From contig JAFZFQ010000046.1 in the NCBI GenBank assembly GCA_017555825.1, positions 8,741 through 72,740 of the forward strand: a stretch of DNA of 64,000 bases, in the 5' to 3' direction. This stretch comes from Bacteroidaceae bacterium (lineage in GTDB: Bacteria; Bacteroidota; Bacteroidia; Bacteroidales; Barnesiellaceae_A). Positions within the stretch are counted from its first letter, which is position 1. The number at the start of each line of letters is the position of its first letter. The position numbers and the translations under genes were made by a program. Of this stretch, positions 1-9,221 are shown one piece after another. Under the pieces are notes generated by a model. That model was not told the origin of the DNA, did not search any database, and saw only the letters and a list, made by a program, of their open reading frames with translations.

Positions 1-483
1 AGGATAGTCGCTCTTGATGGGTGTGCCTTTGAGTTGGCGGTTGTAGGTGTCTATCACAGCCTTGAGCATGGCCTTGTCGTTGTCGTCGGCACGATAGCTA
101 CCCCCTTGCAATGCCATGTCTTTGTCGGTATTGACCGGTGTACTACCCGATATAAGGGTAGATATCAACATCTTGCCAAATGTGCGAAATCGCTCCGTTG
201 CACTCTTGTCGACGCGCTCAATGAGCACACCGAGTCGTTGGCGACCTATCTCCTTGATAGCAATGCGGCGACCCTCATCGTTCTTTTCGTCATAGAGAAC
301 AAGGCAAGCTCCCTCATATATGGTTATCATTTCGCTCTCATCGATATACTCTTTGGCTCGTATGGTGAGGTTCTTCTCGCCACGCGTCACTTTGCCATGA
401 ATGGTATATACGCGATATTCCTTGGCTTCGCATACCAGGGTTGCCAATATAGTGAGCAGTATATATAATGCTATACGTTTCAT
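1..483 (-). CDS. Exported hypothetical protein (partial, runs off window start); third gene of CHASE2-caspase operon
   Basis: Missing from ORF track because its stop is outside the window. Hand translation from ATG at 483: MKRIALYILLTILATLVCEAKEYRVYTIHGKVTRGEKNLTIRAKEYIDESEMITIYEGACLVLYDEK...MALQGGSYRADDNDKAMLKAVIDTYNRQLKGTPIKSDYP, open to base 1. Sec signal peptide; starts 7 bp after the caspase stop. Confidence 0.85.
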   Translation of the reverse strand, partial: MKRIALYILLTILATLVCEAKEYRVYTIHGKVTRGEKNLTIRAKEYIDESEMITIYEGACLVLYDEKNDEGRRIAIKEIGRQRLGVLIERVDKSATERFRTFGKMLISTLISGSTPVNTDKDMALQGGSYRADDNDKAMLKAVIDTYNRQLKGTPIKSDYP

Positions 484-490
484 AATGAGC

Positions 491-2905
491 TTATTTTATA
501 AACAGGGGGAAGTCTATCTCCTCGATGTTGCGATAGATGGGTTTCTGCTTGTTGCCGGTGAGTTGAGGGATGCGCTTCTCTAAATAGTTGCGCACCTCTA
601 TCACGGTAATGCGGTTGTCTTTGTCATGGTCCGACTTGTCAAACTCAAACGACTCGATAAGTGCTTGTGTAAAGATGCCATGCTTGTGCTCGGCCGACTC
701 GCGCGACTTGACATCCTTGCTGCTCGATGTGTATATGCACGTACCGTTGGGTGTGCTGTTCATTTCGCGGAAGAAGTTTTCGCTCGACACCGTGCCTCGG
801 TAGCCTTCGAGCAACTTGCCCGAGTAGCAAGCATCGATAAATACCAACAGCTTGCAGTTGATGTAACTTATATCTTCGACAAAGGTGCTTGAGCTGTATC
901 CGCCACGGCGAGGTGTAGAGGCATCGGTAACATTGTAGGTCGATAGGTAGTAGCGGTCGCGTTCGTCTACAAGTCCGTGTCCGGCAAAGAATATTACCGC
1001 CATATCACTTGCTGAGGCCTTGTCGGCCAGATAGTTGATTTTTTCCGAGATTTGGCTGCTTGTTACATCTTTGCCCACAAGCAGTTGGGCATCGATGTTG
1101 GCAAACGTATTTCTATGCTTCTTGCTTATGGCCTCTATCACGTCACGGGCGTCATTCTCGGCATAGCGCAGATTGCCCAAGTTGGGGTCTTGGTAGTCGT
1201 TGAGTCCAATGGCCAAGATGTAGAGGGTAGACGACTTGCGCACCGACTCCTCTCGATCGTAGCAATAGCGTATCATGTGGGGCTCGCCACCCACACACCA
1301 CATCGTGAGCATACAGTCGCGTTGAGGCAACTCTATCTCGCACACACCGGCCTTTACTTCCTCTTCCGATAGAGTTGCTGTCGCGCCTCCATCTATGCGG
1401 TACTTTATGGTATGCGATGCATCCGATATGGCAAATCGCACCTCTTGTCGTGTGTCGCTAAATGTAACCTGTTCGTCGGTGAGTACTTTCAACTTGGGTG
1501 CTTCAACTTTGGTTGTAAGGTGGCTTTCCAAGGCTTTTCTAATCTCCTCGGCCAGCTCTTGTTCGCTCCTTTGATTATTTTCTTCATAAACATACTCTGT
1601 GCTATATGAAGATACTCCGGTGAGGAGTGTTGGAAGTGACGGAGGAGGGTTGATACCTTTGGCACGTTCTTCTTCCAAATTTTCTAATGCCATTTGAGCT
1701 TCAATGTTTCCTTGGGCGGCAGCCATTTGCCACCACTTTTCGGCCTCATTCATGTCGTATGGCACGCCATTGGCTTGTGCGTAGCAATGTCCCAAGGCAT
1801 TTTGTGCTTCGGCCATTCCTTGTTCGGCTGCCATAAGATACCATTTAGCAGCCTCTTTGTAGTCTTGTTTTACACCATTTGCATAGTAATAGCAGTCTCC
1901 CAAATTGAGTTGTGCAGTAGCATATCCTTGCTCAGCAGCTTTGTAAAACCACTTCAAAGCCTGGGCAAAATCTTGCTTATAAAAGCCTTTTCCTTTGTAA
2001 TAATTCTCTCCGATGAGGTATGATGTGGGAGCGTTGGCATGTTCCGAAATCATATCCCACACTTCTTGAGATGGTAGCCAACCAAGCTCTAAAGCGTTCA
2101 GCCAACAATCAATAGCTTTGTCATAGCTTTTATCAGTTCCTTTTCCATCGTAATAGCAGTATCCTTTTTCTATCCATGCACGAAAGTCTCCTTGTTCGGC
2201 AGCTTTGGTAAATAATTCAAAAGCCTTTTTATAATCTTGTTTGGGACCACCTTCCTCTTCATAGAAATACCACAGACCAAGTTCAAATAAAGCAGTGGCA
2301 TGATTTTGTTTGGCTGCTTTTTTCAACCAATAAAGAGCTGTTTTTACGTCTTTTTTTACCCAACTATCTTCATAGAAAAGTCGGTACAGCCAATACAGGG
2401 CATTAGAATCTCCTTTATTTGCTGCTTTAAGAAGCCAACTATGGGCAATACTATAATATCCCTCCCAATCATCTCCTTTATAATAATAATCTATACCGAC
2501 TTCAGTTTGGGCTTCAAAGTTGCCTTGTAGAGCCTTTTGATAAATATCTAAATCAACCGTTACATATACAGATTCTTTTTCCGAAGCTGATAATATGGCA
2601 TCTACAAACATGTCTTTTTTTTCAATATAGACAGTCAGGTCTTTATATCCAATAAAACTTATTATAAGGGGGGTGTTGTCGGATACCTCTATCTTGAATT
2701 CGCCATTTATGTTGGTTACTGAACCAGATCCATTCTTTTGAGTAACAACTGCACCGATGATAGGTGTTCTGTTCTCATCGTAAACATATCCTGTAACGGC
2801 AATTTGTGCAATGCCTCTATATGCGAACATTACAAAAAATGCCACAAGTGTAATACGAAGCAAATTGCTGCCAATCAATATATTATGCAATGCTCTTTTT
2901 TTCAT
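491..2905 (-). CDS. Exported caspase-family (peptidase C14) protein: signal peptide, CarboxypepD_reg-like domain, 7 SEL1 repeats, Ig-like linker, caspase domain
   Basis: Catalytic motifs IFFAGHG and FIDACYSG; caspase N-terminal strand LYILAIGLNDY...NLRYAENDA; SEL1 repeats (e.g. AQLNLGDCYYYANGVKQDYKEAAKWYLMAAEQG); VTGYVYDENRTPIIGAVV...FIGYK resembles CarboxypepD_reg. Confidence 0.9.
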   Translation of the reverse strand: MKKRALHNILIGSNLLRITLVAFFVMFAYRGIAQIAVTGYVYDENRTPIIGAVVTQKNGSGSVTNINGEFKIEVSDNTPLIISFIGYKDLTVYIEKKDMFVDAILSASEKESVYVTVDLDIYQKALQGNFEAQTEVGIDYYYKGDDWEGYYSIAHSWLLKAANKGDSNALYWLYRLFYEDSWVKKDVKTALYWLKKAAKQNHATALFELGLWYFYEEEGGPKQDYKKAFELFTKAAEQGDFRAWIEKGYCYYDGKGTDKSYDKAIDCWLNALELGWLPSQEVWDMISEHANAPTSYLIGENYYKGKGFYKQDFAQALKWFYKAAEQGYATAQLNLGDCYYYANGVKQDYKEAAKWYLMAAEQGMAEAQNALGHCYAQANGVPYDMNEAEKWWQMAAAQGNIEAQMALENLEEERAKGINPPPSLPTLLTGVSSYSTEYVYEENNQRSEQELAEEIRKALESHLTTKVEAPKLKVLTDEQVTFSDTRQEVRFAISDASHTIKYRIDGGATATLSEEEVKAGVCEIELPQRDCMLTMWCVGGEPHMIRYCYDREESVRKSSTLYILAIGLNDYQDPNLGNLRYAENDARDVIEAISKKHRNTFANIDAQLLVGKDVTSSQISEKINYLADKASASDMAVIFFAGHGLVDERDRYYLSTYNVTDASTPRRGGYSSSTFVEDISYINCKLLVFIDACYSGKLLEGYRGTVSSENFFREMNSTPNGTCIYTSSSKDVKSRESAEHKHGIFTQALIESFEFDKSDHDKDNRITVIEVRNYLEKRIPQLTGNKQKPIYRNIEEIDFPLFIK

Positions 2906-4110
2906 TTTTTACATACCAATTTATTTTTCAAACTACACCACATTGTCTCAAATCTTTTTCTACAATCATCTTTCATAGCCATATACAGCTCTACCGTATT
3001 GGGTAGCATGGCCATGGCTGCCATGAGCAGTATGGGCGATACATAGCGGTGTGACGATATAAAGAGCCAACCGCTCAAACACACCACCAGCAGGGCTGTT
3101 GCTACGGGGTATATCCAGTTGAAAAAGGCCATGAGGAACTTGTAGTCGCGCCTTTGACAAGTCATAGATATGAGCCAATAGACAATCACAAATCCCCATA
3201 ACAAGAGTGCTTCAAGGGGCAATATCCATCCGTTCGATACTGTGCGAGTGGGGCGATCCAATAGCGTGTCTATGGTGTAGGCGTGTATTATTGTACCGTT
3301 CATCTTGCCCATAGGGGTGTAGTGGACATCCTCTTCGTTATTCACATTGCCCAACAGCACGATGCGACCCATTATCTCATCGGCATATAGGTGTAGTGAG
3401 TCGGCATTGATGATGCGAAATTTTTGTGGCATGAAATCTATTATACCATCGACTTGCTCGGGTGCGATGGCACTACCGCCAAACAACACTCTATAGCGTG
3501 ATGCCAGCACCGATGCAAATGAGCCCAATGTGTCGCCGGCTACTTTGCGCCACAGGGTGTAGTTGCGCACATATCCCCCTTCGCCTATGCTCTTGAGGTT
3601 GCTATAGGCACGATGGACGAGTTCATTGTCGAGTATCGATTGTGATGTGGACTCAAATTGCTGTGTCGCGTCGTTGTAGTTCAAGAGCTTGGTTATGGCT
3701 ACAAGGTTGTTGCCGTGGCGAGCCACTGTGTTTTGTAGTTGTTGAGTACCCAACGTGTCGCCTGTAGGGCGGTCGAAGATAATATCGATGCCCACTGTTG
3801 CCGGCTCATAGGTCATGAGCCCGTCTATGGTCGAGGCTATCTCGCCACGAGTCTTGTGTGAAGTGTCTATGATGACTATGCGGTCGTTGGGCTTGGCATT
3901 GTCGCTATTGCGATAGAGTGAATAGTAGAGATCGGTAAACGAGAAGCTATCGAACGATCGTGACACGGGGTCGAGCAACCCCCAATTGGGTAGCGCGAGC
4001 ATAAGCAGCGCGGCTATGGCGCCTATGAGCAGGGTAGATATGAGTGTGTGTATACATACCGACTTGGCATGTGTGCTCCGGCATGTGACGTTTCCTTCTT
4101 TGCTATCCAT
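2902..4110 (-). CDS. Stand-alone CHASE2-domain membrane protein
   Basis: N-terminal TM; CHASE2 motifs IVIIDT...R.EIA, VGIDIIF, RIVLLG...EDVHYTPMGKMNGTIIHAYTIDTLL; three C-terminal TM helices; only a short cytoplasmic tail. Overlaps caspase start by 4 bp (ATGA). Confidence 0.85.
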   Translation of the reverse strand: MDSKEGNVTCRSTHAKSVCIHTLISTLLIGAIAALLMLALPNWGLLDPVSRSFDSFSFTDLYYSLYRNSDNAKPNDRIVIIDTSHKTRGEIASTIDGLMTYEPATVGIDIIFDRPTGDTLGTQQLQNTVARHGNNLVAITKLLNYNDATQQFESTSQSILDNELVHRAYSNLKSIGEGGYVRNYTLWRKVAGDTLGSFASVLASRYRVLFGGSAIAPEQVDGIIDFMPQKFRIINADSLHLYADEIMGRIVLLGNVNNEEDVHYTPMGKMNGTIIHAYTIDTLLDRPTRTVSNGWILPLEALLLWGFVIVYWLISMTCQRRDYKFLMAFFNWIYPVATALLVVCLSGWLFISSHRYVSPILLMAAMAMLPNTVELYMAMKDDCRKRFETMWCSLKNKLVCKK

Positions 4111-4136
4111 CTAAAAAACTCAGATTTAACTTTCTG

Positions 4137-4144
4137 CAAAGTTA
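4137..4144 (-). promoter_or_regulatory. Bacteroidetes -7 promoter element (TAACTTTG) for CHASE2-caspase operon
   Basis: Matches TAnnTTTG, 26 bp upstream of the CHASE2 ATG. Confidence 0.55.
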
Positions 4145-4279
4145 ATAAGTTTATTGTAACAGTCAAGTATGTGCCTCTACTTATCGCTGTGTATGGACAG
4201 GTGGGTTGTAAAAAGGATTTCAAAAAACATAATAGACTTAAAAACTGTATAAATTTTTCTTATTGCCGTCAAGTTGTGT

Positions 4280-4287
4280 TATCTTTG
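4280..4287 (+). promoter_or_regulatory. Bacteroidetes -7 promoter element (TATCTTTG) for DUF2723 operon
   Basis: TAnnTTTG followed by CA, upstream of 4356. Confidence 0.6.
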
Positions 4288-4355
4288 CAGATTGTTACGA
4301 GCACGCACGCGTACGCGTGTGACAATCATCGCAAAAACAATAAGAAAATAACTAT

Positions 4356-7300
4356 ATGAAACAGTACAATTTACTGAACACCGTGATGGGTTGGGTAGTA
4401 TTTGCTATAGCGGCAATTACCTATATCCTCACATTGGAACCTACAGCCAGCTTCTGGGACTGTGGTGAGTTTATTGCATCGGCATACAAGCTCGAAGTGG
4501 GTCACCCTCCCGGCAACCCCATCTTTATGCTTACGGGTCGTTTCTTTGCCAACTTTGCATCCGACCCCTCGCAAGTTGCTTATATGCTCAACTTGATGTC
4601 GGCTCTGTTGAGTGCCGCCACTATTTTGTTCCTATTCTGGACTATCACACACCTTGCCAAGAAATTGGTTGTGCCACAAGGTAAGGAAATGACCGTTGCC
4701 CGCATGATTACCATTTTGGCAAGTGGTCTTGTAGGTGCATTGGCCTATACTTGGAGCGACACATTCTGGTACTCGGCTGTTGAGGGTGAGGTATATGCCT
4801 ACTCTTCATTCTGTACAGCAGTGGTATTCTGGCTCATTCTCAAGTGGGAGAGTGTTGCCGACGAGCCCTACGCCAATCGCTTCCTCATTCTTATAGCCTA
4901 TATCATGGGTGTATCTATTGCGGTACACTTGCTCAACTTGTTGTGTATACCTGCCATTGTTTTGGTATATTACTATCGCAAGTTCAACAATATCAGTGCC
5001 AAGGGTTCGCTTGTAGCATTGGTGGTGTCGTTTGTCATCATAGCCTTGTTGCTCTTTGGTATCGTGCCCGGATTTGTTAAGGTGGCCGGTTGGTTTGAAC
5101 TCTTGTGTGTCAATGTATTGGGTATGCCCTATAATACAGGTGTTATGGTATACTTCTTGCTCACAATGGGTGTCATTGCATGGTCTATCTACGAGACATT
5201 CTCGGGCAAGAGTCTTGCACGAGCCCGTGTCCTATTCTTGGCAAGTATCATCCTCTCGGGTATGCCTTTTATTACCGACAATATCTTTGTCGGATTGGTA
5301 GTGTGTGCATTGCTTGTAGCGGCTGTAATGGTGGTCAAGAAGGTTTCGTTCCGCTTGATGAACACCGTTTTGGCCTGCTTGTTGGTGATACTCATTGGTT
5401 ACTCGTCGTATGCGCTCATCCTCATACGCTCGGCTGCCAATACGCCCATGGATCAAAACTCGCCCGAGGATATTTTCACTCTCGGTAGCTACCTCAACCG
5501 TGAGCAATATGGCGAGACTCCCCTCTTGTATGGCCAAACTTTTGTGTCGAAAGTGAAGCGTGTAAATGGCGAGGCTCAAATAAAAGAGGGTAAAAACATC
5601 TATCAAAAGGTCGTAAAAGCCAATCCCGACGAGCGCGATCGCTATGTGGTGACAGGCAAGAAAGAGACCTACATCTACGAGAGTGAGACACAAATGTTCT
5701 TCCCTCGCATGCACAGCAACAAGCCCACACATATATCGGCCTACCGCGAGTGGTCGGGTGCATCGGCGGCTGCCAAGCCTACATTTGCACAAAATATGCA
5801 GTTCTTCCTCGATTATCAGCTCAATCACATGTATTGGCGTTATTTCTTGTGGAACTTTGCCGGTCGTCAAAACGACTTGCAAGGCCATGGCGAGGTAGAC
5901 AAGGGCAACTGGATAAGTGGCATCAACTTTATCGACAAAATACGTGTAGGTGATGCATCGCTTTTGCCCGACGATATGGCCAACAATCCCGGCCGCAACG
6001 TATTCTATATGTTGCCTCTCATCTTGGGTATTATAGGTCTGCTATACCAAGCCTTCTCGGGCAAAAATGGTATTGAGCAGTTTTGGGTAACTTTCTTCCT
6101 CTTCTTCATGACAGGTATAGCCATTGTGATATACCTCAACCAAACACCCTATCAACCTCGTGAGCGCGACTATGCCTATGCCGGCTCGTTCTATGCCTAT
6201 ACGATATGGATAGGTTTGGGTGTGGCTGCGGTTACTCGTGGATTGGAGATAGCATTGGAGAAGATGCGCATTAACAACAAGGCTATTCCCGCTGTTGTAG
6301 CTGCGGTAGTGTGCTTGTGTGTGCCCTTGCAAATGGTGAGCCAAACATGGGACGACCACGATCGTTCGGGTCGCTATGTAGCTCGCGACTTTGGTATGAA
6401 CTACCTGTCGAGTGTCGAGCCCAATGCCATCATATTTACCAATGGCGACAACGATACCTTCCCCTTGTGGTATGCACAAGAGGTAGAGGGTTTCCGCACC
6501 GATGTGCGTGTATGTAACCTCTCATACTTCCAAACCGATTGGTATGCCGATCAGATGAAGCGTCCCGCTTACGAGTCGGCACCCCTGCCCATCTCGGCTT
6601 CGCGCGATGTATATGCCCACGACAAGTTGTCGTATGCCTATATATTGCCCGTAAACGAAAATCTATCGCTCTCGGCAACCGATGCCCTCGACTTCTTGTA
6701 TAGCAAGGATCCCCGCACCAAGAAGACTCAATATGGCGAGTTGAACTACTTGCCTACCAACAAGATTTATATTTCGGTCGATAGCGCTACAGCCTTGGCT
6801 CGTGCCGGTATGCCTGCCGGATATGAAGATTGTGTGGTAGATCGCATCTATCCCAAGTTGAGCGGTAAGAGTGGCCTTTACTTCTATGAGGTTGCCGCAT
6901 TGGATATGATCAATACCAACATCCAACAAGGCTGGGAACGTCCTATCTACTATGCAGTAACTGTGTCGAACGACCTCTATTTGGGTCTTGAAGATTACTT
7001 TGCACTCACCGGCTTGGCACAACATGTAGTGCCTATGAAGACCGAGGCTTGTGGCGGTGTCGATACCGAGCGCATGTATGACAACATGATGAACAAGTTC
7101 CGTTGGGGTGGCTTGGAGGCTGCTACCGAGGAGAATCCTATATATCTCGATGAGAATATACGTCGCATGTGTCAAACAACTCGTGTAATGTTCAACAATC
7201 TTGTTGAGCAGCTCATTGTCGAGGGTGAGAATGAGAAGGCTATCAAGGCCCTCGATTTCATTAGCGACAAGATGCCCGGTTGGTTGATTCCCTACGAGGC

Positions 7301-7562
7301 ATTGGCAATACAGATGGCCAACAGCTACTTCACTCTTGGCGAGTATGACAAAGCCAAAGAGTTGCTTGTCGACAACATCAATCGTAGCTTGCAATACATT
7401 CGTTGGTTCAAGACACTTACACCTTCGCAATATCGCTCGGTAAGTGACAAGGAGCTACACCAATATGTCATGCAAGCCGGCTTGACTCTCTTGTATGAGA
7501 ATGGCATGCAACAGGTTGCCGAAGATATTGTTGCCGAGGCGCAAGCCAACGGTATTTTATAA
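4356..7562 (+). CDS. DUF2723 / TMEM260-like multi-pass GT-C glycosyltransferase
   Basis: SFWDCGEFIASAYKLEVGHPPGNP motif, SAVEGEVYA, many TM helices, QPRERDYAY and NGDNDTFPLWY motifs typical of Bacteroidetes DUF2723 proteins. Confidence 0.85.
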   Translation: MKQYNLLNTVMGWVVFAIAAITYILTLEPTASFWDCGEFIASAYKLEVGHPPGNPIFMLTGRFFANFASDPSQVAYMLNLMSALLSAATILFLFWTITHLAKKLVVPQGKEMTVARMITILASGLVGALAYTWSDTFWYSAVEGEVYAYSSFCTAVVFWLILKWESVADEPYANRFLILIAYIMGVSIAVHLLNLLCIPAIVLVYYYRKFNNISAKGSLVALVVSFVIIALLLFGIVPGFVKVAGWFELLCVNVLGMPYNTGVMVYFLLTMGVIAWSIYETFSGKSLARARVLFLASIILSGMPFITDNIFVGLVVCALLVAAVMVVKKVSFRLMNTVLACLLVILIGYSSYALILIRSAANTPMDQNSPEDIFTLGSYLNREQYGETPLLYGQTFVSKVKRVNGEAQIKEGKNIYQKVVKANPDERDRYVVTGKKETYIYESETQMFFPRMHSNKPTHISAYREWSGASAAAKPTFAQNMQFFLDYQLNHMYWRYFLWNFAGRQNDLQGHGEVDKGNWISGINFIDKIRVGDASLLPDDMANNPGRNVFYMLPLILGIIGLLYQAFSGKNGIEQFWVTFFLFFMTGIAIVIYLNQTPYQPRERDYAYAGSFYAYTIWIGLGVAAVTRGLEIALEKMRINNKAIPAVVAAVVCLCVPLQMVSQTWDDHDRSGRYVARDFGMNYLSSVEPNAIIFTNGDNDTFPLWYAQEVEGFRTDVRVCNLSYFQTDWYADQMKRPAYESAPLPISASRDVYAHDKLSYAYILPVNENLSLSATDALDFLYSKDPRTKKTQYGELNYLPTNKIYISVDSATALARAGMPAGYEDCVVDRIYPKLSGKSGLYFYEVAALDMINTNIQQGWERPIYYAVTVSNDLYLGLEDYFALTGLAQHVVPMKTEACGGVDTERMYDNMMNKFRWGGLEAATEENPIYLDENIRRMCQTTRVMFNNLVEQLIVEGENEKAIKALDFISDKMPGWLIPYEALAIQMANSYFTLGEYDKAKELLVDNINRSLQYIRWFKTLTPSQYRSVSDKELHQYVMQAGLTLLYENGMQQVAEDIVAEAQANGIL

Positions 7563-7610
7563 ATTACCGAGGAGTGCCTTGCAAGGCATTCCTCTTTTTC
7601 TTTTATACGT

Positions 7611-8219
7611 ATGTTTATAGAGCGACCACCCCTATTGTACCGCATGTTCTTTTCGGAGGCAATATGGCGTATTCCCCGCAAGGAGAAGACCGTATATCTT
7701 ACCTTTGACGACGGCCCCATACCACAAGTTACGCCTTGGGTATTGGAGGTGTTGGCACAATATGGAGTGCATGCTACGTTCTTCTGCACCGGCGACAATG
7801 TGGCTCGTAATCCGGGTCTTTTTGCTTCTTTGCGAGCGGCGGGGCATCAAGTGGGTAACCACACCATGAGCCACGTGAAAGGTCTCAATATGAATACTCC
7901 CGACTATTTGCGCAACATCGAGAAGGCTCACGATCTTATTCAGAGTCCGCTTTTCCGTCCGCCTCATGGCTTTATGCGTCCCAGCCAATTTGAGGCTGTC
8001 AAGGATAAGTATACAACAGTGATGTGGGATGTGGTTACGCGCGACTATAGCAAATGTCTTGATGGCCGGCAAGTGCTTGACAATGTGCGTAAATACACTC
8101 GCAATGGATCTATCATTGTGTTTCACGACTCGCTCAAGGCTCAAAAAAATCTGCGCTATGCTCTGCCTCGCGCAATAGAGTGGTTACAAAGCAATGGCTA
8201 CCGATTTGCTACCCTCTGA
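7611..8219 (+). CDS. Polysaccharide deacetylase (NodB/CE4)
   Basis: YLTFDDGP, GNHTMSH, FRPPHG, IIVFHD motifs. Confidence 0.9.
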   Translation: MFIERPPLLYRMFFSEAIWRIPRKEKTVYLTFDDGPIPQVTPWVLEVLAQYGVHATFFCTGDNVARNPGLFASLRAAGHQVGNHTMSHVKGLNMNTPDYLRNIEKAHDLIQSPLFRPPHGFMRPSQFEAVKDKYTTVMWDVVTRDYSKCLDGRQVLDNVRKYTRNGSIIVFHDSLKAQKNLRYALPRAIEWLQSNGYRFATL

Positions 8220-9138
8220 CCTCTCGGTTGCCATAGGCGAGAAGGCCTTGCAAATGGGCTTCTCGGCGTGTGGTTTTGCATTGGTGCAAGATGTGCCCGA
8301 TGAGGTCTATAACCATTGGCAAGAGTGGATAGCTACCGGCAAGCACGCTACAATGGGCTATATGGAGCAGCACGCGCCATTGCGCCGCAATCCTCAAGGT
8401 TTGTTGCCTGGGGCTCGCACTGTTATATCTGTGGCACTCAACTACTATCCGGCCGAGGATATGCCTGCCGGCAATCCGCGATTTGCACGCTATGCCTACG
8501 GGCGCGACTATCACGATGTGATGCGCTGCATGCTGGGTGAGTTGGTGCAGTATATACAATCGTTGCAACCCTGCGAGTGTCGTTGTTGTTGCGATACAGC
8601 ACCCCTTTTTGAGCGATATTGGGCTATGCAAGCCGGTGTAGGCTTCACAGGGCGCAACAGTCAGCTCATCATACCCGGCAAGGGTAGCTATTTCTTCCTG
8701 GGCGAGATACTCACTACGCTCAATCTTCCACCCTCACAGCCTATAGAGTCACAGTGTGGCGAGTGTCGTAAGTGTATCGATGCCTGCCCTGTCAGGGCTA
8801 TATCAGACAATAGGATGATAGATGCACGACGCTGTATTTCGTGCCAAACTATAGAGAATAGGGGCGATATACCTACCGAAGTAGCCAAGCGTATGGGGCG
8901 CAGAGTATATGGCTGCGATACCTGCCAAGAGGTGTGTCCTCACAACCGACATGCTGTGCCCACCTCCATTGCCGCCCTTGCGCCACGTCCCGAATTGTCT
9001 ACACTCACTTATAGTCGTCTCACGACCCTCACGCAGGCCGATTTCTCTCGCATATTTGCCGGATCGGCTGTTAAGCGAGCCAAGTATCAGGGTCTCATGC
9101 GCAATGTTGAGGCTTTAGACCCCACACTCTTTGAGTAG
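8194..9138 (+). CDS. queG: tRNA epoxyqueuosine(34) reductase
   Basis: ARYAYGRDYH, DTAPLFER.WA, CGECRKCIDACP and GCDTCQEVCPHN Fe-S motifs. Confidence 0.92.
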   Translation: MATDLLPSDLSVAIGEKALQMGFSACGFALVQDVPDEVYNHWQEWIATGKHATMGYMEQHAPLRRNPQGLLPGARTVISVALNYYPAEDMPAGNPRFARYAYGRDYHDVMRCMLGELVQYIQSLQPCECRCCCDTAPLFERYWAMQAGVGFTGRNSQLIIPGKGSYFFLGEILTTLNLPPSQPIESQCGECRKCIDACPVRAISDNRMIDARRCISCQTIENRGDIPTEVAKRMGRRVYGCDTCQEVCPHNRHAVPTSIAALAPRPELSTLTYSRLTTLTQADFSRIFAGSAVKRAKYQGLMRNVEALDPTLFE

Positions 9139-9168
9139 CATTATACCTCGCTTTACACCTATAAAAAT

Positions 9169-9196
9169 GGCGGTTGCCCCAAGTGGAGCAACCGCC
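9169..9196. terminator. Probable bidirectional intrinsic terminator
   Basis: Hairpin ggcggttgc...gcaaccgcc between convergent genes. Confidence 0.65.
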
Positions 9197-9221
9197 TATT
9201 GTTTCCTGTTATAATCGTCGA

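Noticed and set aside
34-468. 144-aa plus-strand ORF in the ORF track
   Set aside because: Antisense shadow of the real minus-strand gene (483 to window start), which has a signal peptide and operon coupling.
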